A DNA stretch of 20,000 bases. Origin: an uncultured virus (IMG/VR IMGVR_UViG_3300020148_000031) (taxonomy: Duplodnaviria; Heunggongvirae; Uroviricota; Caudoviricetes). A model generated the notes under the pieces. It had not been told where the DNA came from and did not search any database. It was given only the letters and a program-made list of their open reading frames with translations. Of the stretch, positions 17,801-20,000 are shown piece by piece. Where the stretch lies: IMG/VR virus record IMGVR_UViG_3300020148_000031, one strand, 5' to 3'. Both the position numbers and the translations under genes were made by a program. The first letter of the stretch is position 1. Each line of letters opens with the position of its first letter.

Positions 17801-19307
17801 TAGCAAAAGCACCTTGACCTTGAGATACTAATTTAACAACATTTGAAATAGTAGTAAGTTTTACAGGAGTTTCTACTGTTGATGATGAATTATTACTATT
17901 ATAATAATATGATGATCCACCCGATACACCCCAAGTATATACATCGCCAGTGCTGGATAATGCATAACCTCCACTGTATCCTCTAAGTACTACATCTACA
18001 ATAGGGTTAGTTCCAACATACTCAGTACTTTGGATAAAAGGGATGTAATGATCACTTGATGTAGATCCTAGCCCATAATTAGCATTAGAACCCCAAGTGA
18101 GTAATGCACCCTCATCAGTGAGAGCAAATACTGTATAAACATTTTTTGAAAGAGTCCCAAAAATTATCTTGTTGACATGATATGAAGAAGTTCCAGAAAC
18201 TATTGTTGGGGTGGTATAAGAAGTAGTATTATCGTTTGCTATACCAGCATATTGACCGCTTGAGCCCCAGAAGTAAACAACTCCATTATTACTAACAGCA
18301 TAGGCGCCACCTAGCGGGCGCGGATAAATATCTTCTACTACAACTCCAGTAAGATCCCCTCCTATGAGTGTAGGTGTAGAGACCGTTGCTGTAGAACTTG
18401 TTCCATTAGAATAAGAAGCTCCAGAGCCCCATGTATAAACTTGACCTGATGTAGTGATAGCATAGGCTCCAGAAATTGAAGGCTTAAGAACTAATTTTTC
18501 AACATTTGAAAGATTTGAGATAATTGCAGGTATGCTAGCTGTACCAGCTCTTCCTAATTTATCGACACTCGAACCCCAAGAATATACATGACCATCTGAA
18601 GTAAGAGCAAAAGCCTGCGCATTAGTTGGATCTTCAGTCATGTAAATATCTACAATGTTAAGAGAAGATAATTCTGGAATTTCTTCTGGGTAAAGAGACG
18701 CCCCTGTACTTGCTCTTCCAGTAAGATTACTTGCCGGGTCACCCCAAGAATATACACGTCCATCTTCAGTTAGAAGAAGAGTGGCGTTTGAAGTCATAAG
18801 GACTTTTTTTACATCACCTACAGCATCAAGATATACTCTTGAAAGAGGGTTAGTCGCTGCTGTATCCATGGTAGAGTAATTACCGGATTGTCCATTAGGC
18901 GCACCATAAAGATATCCGCCGTCAGTTTGAACATAAACTCCATTATAAAATTGGGCTCCAGTCGATCCATCTTCAAAACTTGTTAATCTTGTAGGATCAT
19001 TGAAAGAAGAAAATTGACCGCTTACTCCACTATCAAGAATAGATGCTTGATAATTGAAAACACTATCATTTAAAACATTTGTTAAAGAGAAATTATTGAC
19101 TGAAGTGTCAGTATTATTAGTAACGTTCACTGTGTATTCAACATCACATTCAGTGTCAGTGCAACTAAGTTGAGAAATATTACTATCTACACTTAATAAA
19201 TCTGCTCCTACAGAGCTAGTGTCAGAACTAGCGGCAATAGGTAAGAACGAAAGTAATAATACTGCACCTATAATGAGAGTAATAATACTGTAAAAAGATT
19301 TTTTCAT
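14832..19307 (-). CDS. Large secreted/surface protein: signal peptide, many divergent RCC1 repeats, a CnaB/SdrD-B-like domain and DUF11-like Ig domains
   Basis: Sec-type N-terminus; 13 clear xxWG RCC1 motifs plus degenerate ones; ITGKVW.D...GITVTL...TTTNSLGEYSFNNVLPNNYTVSF; terminal WTYTVLN...VTDD...CPKTTLLPQESMTC. No C-terminal membrane or LPXTG anchor. Confidence 0.85.
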   Translation of the reverse strand: MKKSFYSIITLIIGAVLLLSFLPIAASSDTSSVGADLLSVDSNISQLSCTDTECDVEYTVNVTNNTDTSVNNFSLTNVLNDSVFNYQASILDSGVSGQFSSFNDPTRLTSFEDGSTGAQFYNGVYVQTDGGYLYGAPNGQSGNYSTMDTAATNPLSRVYLDAVGDVKKVLMTSNATLLLTEDGRVYSWGDPASNLTGRASTGASLYPEEIPELSSLNIVDIYMTEDPTNAQAFALTSDGHVYSWGSSVDKLGRAGTASIPAIISNLSNVEKLVLKPSISGAYAITTSGQVYTWGSGASYSNGTSSTATVSTPTLIGGDLTGVVVEDIYPRPLGGAYAVSNNGVVYFWGSSGQYAGIANDNTTSYTTPTIVSGTSSYHVNKIIFGTLSKNVYTVFALTDEGALLTWGSNANYGLGSTSSDHYIPFIQSTEYVGTNPIVDVVLRGYSGGYALSSTGDVYTWGVSGGSSYYYNSNNSSSTVETPVKLTTISNVVKLVSQGQGAFAITSSGEVYTLGKVTLSNGTSIINLTPTLMSGLTGHVITDVSESGMAYSSSTGEIFKITNATTALNLFPSQMSKLNDVTGFYGVSSNGGYSINSDGEVYSWGLGVGGRLGNGDTTLANQPYAAKVDIPGFATKVIANGNTVYALTSDGKIYAWGTNNSGSLGNNNAASIAYSPALVQGLSSEVVTDIYPSSTAIYALTQSGKVYSWGSNTSGVSGYSISTSVATPVSGLSNVIVSKVYPRANGAYVLTTAGEVYSWGAGTNYANGNNNTGILYSAEIVQGLPVDGIKDIVVKTDSLGAFAISNSGKVYAWGIGTNGVNGDQETTDNPIANNLSKLNGVIVTQISPRVNGAYALTSTGNVWSWGEGTGYVNGTSSESANSEPIQINGLFNITHVYMGEYSEDAKYSYALSSTGSLYRIGVTTTPQVQPGLENVTVSQFYSDNLDENSVSAAYNYSSFVAIDSNGKAYTWGYRADDTYSNSLTNTTTAKATVGLETKTVKDVKVTLNGIYYLLKDNTVWSKGSQASNTGVENTNYMSRVQPALAKYYSNNRILAVPSTESNSNGYNRNTYTIPHLAAGESTNLIISGTISKTLVSQDIFNQVYVNSTNTQISDYISGGNSTSVPYLPSSSTSGIFNSEVVGCSENITVNGDLDSYPLCTEVGIQISAAISGGTITGKVWTNDFNNSSYSSSTSQLESGITVTLYQNTNQIAQTTTNSLGEYSFNNVLPNNYTVSFSTPETGDSGTQYVPVDAVNDYSLSDVSQIGNYTTVKNTAQNISVTNGNTIYVNAGFYSIPSGFLLSQVEGTTEQDIVTLDPNINGEVVPVSIHFTNSGNENISNINFNSTLVEGNNLQNLVCTFNSAPFTSGMTLNIGDTVTCTANIGTLYAGDYNETTFNLTGVGEQSQATLSSSQTLKVTINNPYPELTITKTRNSTNVLHYNDSATWTYTVLNNSFISIYNISVTDDAGTVITCPKTTLLPQESMTCSGTSNVQ

Positions 19308-19361
19308 TTCAGATTCAATAAAACCTTGTCTTTAAGTGTGATATGTATGAAAATATCAGAA

Positions 19362-20000
19362 TTATGGGATAATAGTTGGTGTATATTCTACAGAAATATT
19401 TTCAGGAAGTGTATATTGGTCTGAACCCCATGAAGTATTTCCTGTCACTGTTATTTCTTCACCGTTATATGTAGCATTTCCTTCAGCTTGAGAATCTGTA
19501 GTATAGTTACCTTCTACAGAATTAATAAGTAGACATACATAATGTGTCTCTTCATGAAGTGTTGAATACGGGCCACTATTTGTGGAAAAATTAATAGATG
19601 TATTAGGAGTATCAACAATTGTTGATAAGCATTCAGTGGGAGAACTTACTTCATAAAATTTTGTACTAATCGCACTAGGATTTGAAGTATTTAAAGTAAG
19701 CGTTTGTGATAGTTCGCTTTCTCCAATGTTTTCAGAAGTTAATGTAATAACAGAAGACGTTTTCCCAGTATCAAATAACTCTTGTTCTTGAGCTGATGTA
19801 AGATTGAAAGAATAAATATCTCCTTCATTTACTAACTCGTTTGTAGAATCTGCGCTTTCTTTTATAGAGAAACTAGCATAGCTTAAAAGAACATTGAAAG
19901 AAGCGTTTTGGTTCGCGCTCCATAAAGAATATGCGCTTGTTAAAGAGCTAGAAAGAACTAAAGCTCCAAGGAAGAATGCGAGTATGGTAAATTTTTTCAT
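19362..20000 (-). CDS. Exported protein with a probable SipW-class signal peptide (TasA/pilin-like)
   Basis: MKKFTILAFFLGALVLSSSLTSAYSLWS; Ser/Thr-rich, beta-type composition with two Cys. The ATG is at the window edge, so upstream context is unseen. Confidence 0.65.
   Translation of the reverse strand: MKKFTILAFFLGALVLSSSLTSAYSLWSANQNASFNVLLSYASFSIKESADSTNELVNEGDIYSFNLTSAQEQELFDTGKTSSVITLTSENIGESELSQTLTLNTSNPSAISTKFYEVSSPTECLSTIVDTPNTSINFSTNSGPYSTLHEETHYVCLLINSVEGNYTTDSQAEGNATYNGEEITVTGNTSWGSDQYTLPENISVEYTPTIIP

Larger units (their letters stand above)
1..20000. mobile_element. Probable segment of a large phage or giant extrachromosomal element
   Basis: ftsH outside its usual chromosomal context, nrdD/nrdG split with a homing-endonuclease-like gene between them, an expanded orphan paralog family, short intergenic gaps. 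No capsid, terminase, integrase or replication gene is in view. Confidence 0.5.

Overview
AT-rich, gene-dense window, mostly on the minus strand. It looks like part of a large phage or other giant extrachromosomal element (inferred from gene content; no virion or replication marker is visible). Recognisable genes: ftsH (runs off the left edge), the anaerobic ribonucleotide reductase pair nrdD and nrdG (about 5 kb apart), a free-standing Zn-ribbon/PD-(D/E)xK homing-endonuclease-like gene, and three exported proteins (two with SipW/TasA-type N-termini, two with RCC1 beta-propeller repeats). Main find: between 1.8 and 8.8 kb, six ORFs and two decayed copies missed by the ORF track begin with the same ~45-aa module, [YF]H[IVL][ND]-x2/3-G-x4-C-x-A-x3/4-CP[FL]-x5-H (a putative H-C-C-H Zn site), fused to at least three unrelated C-terminal cargo types. 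The DNA shows a recent swap of this module between genes. Second find: in seven tandem 165-bp RCC1 repeats, the five hypervariable codons are all NNY (34 of 35 NNT), the pattern expected from DGR-like adenine mutagenesis, though no reverse transcriptase is in the window.
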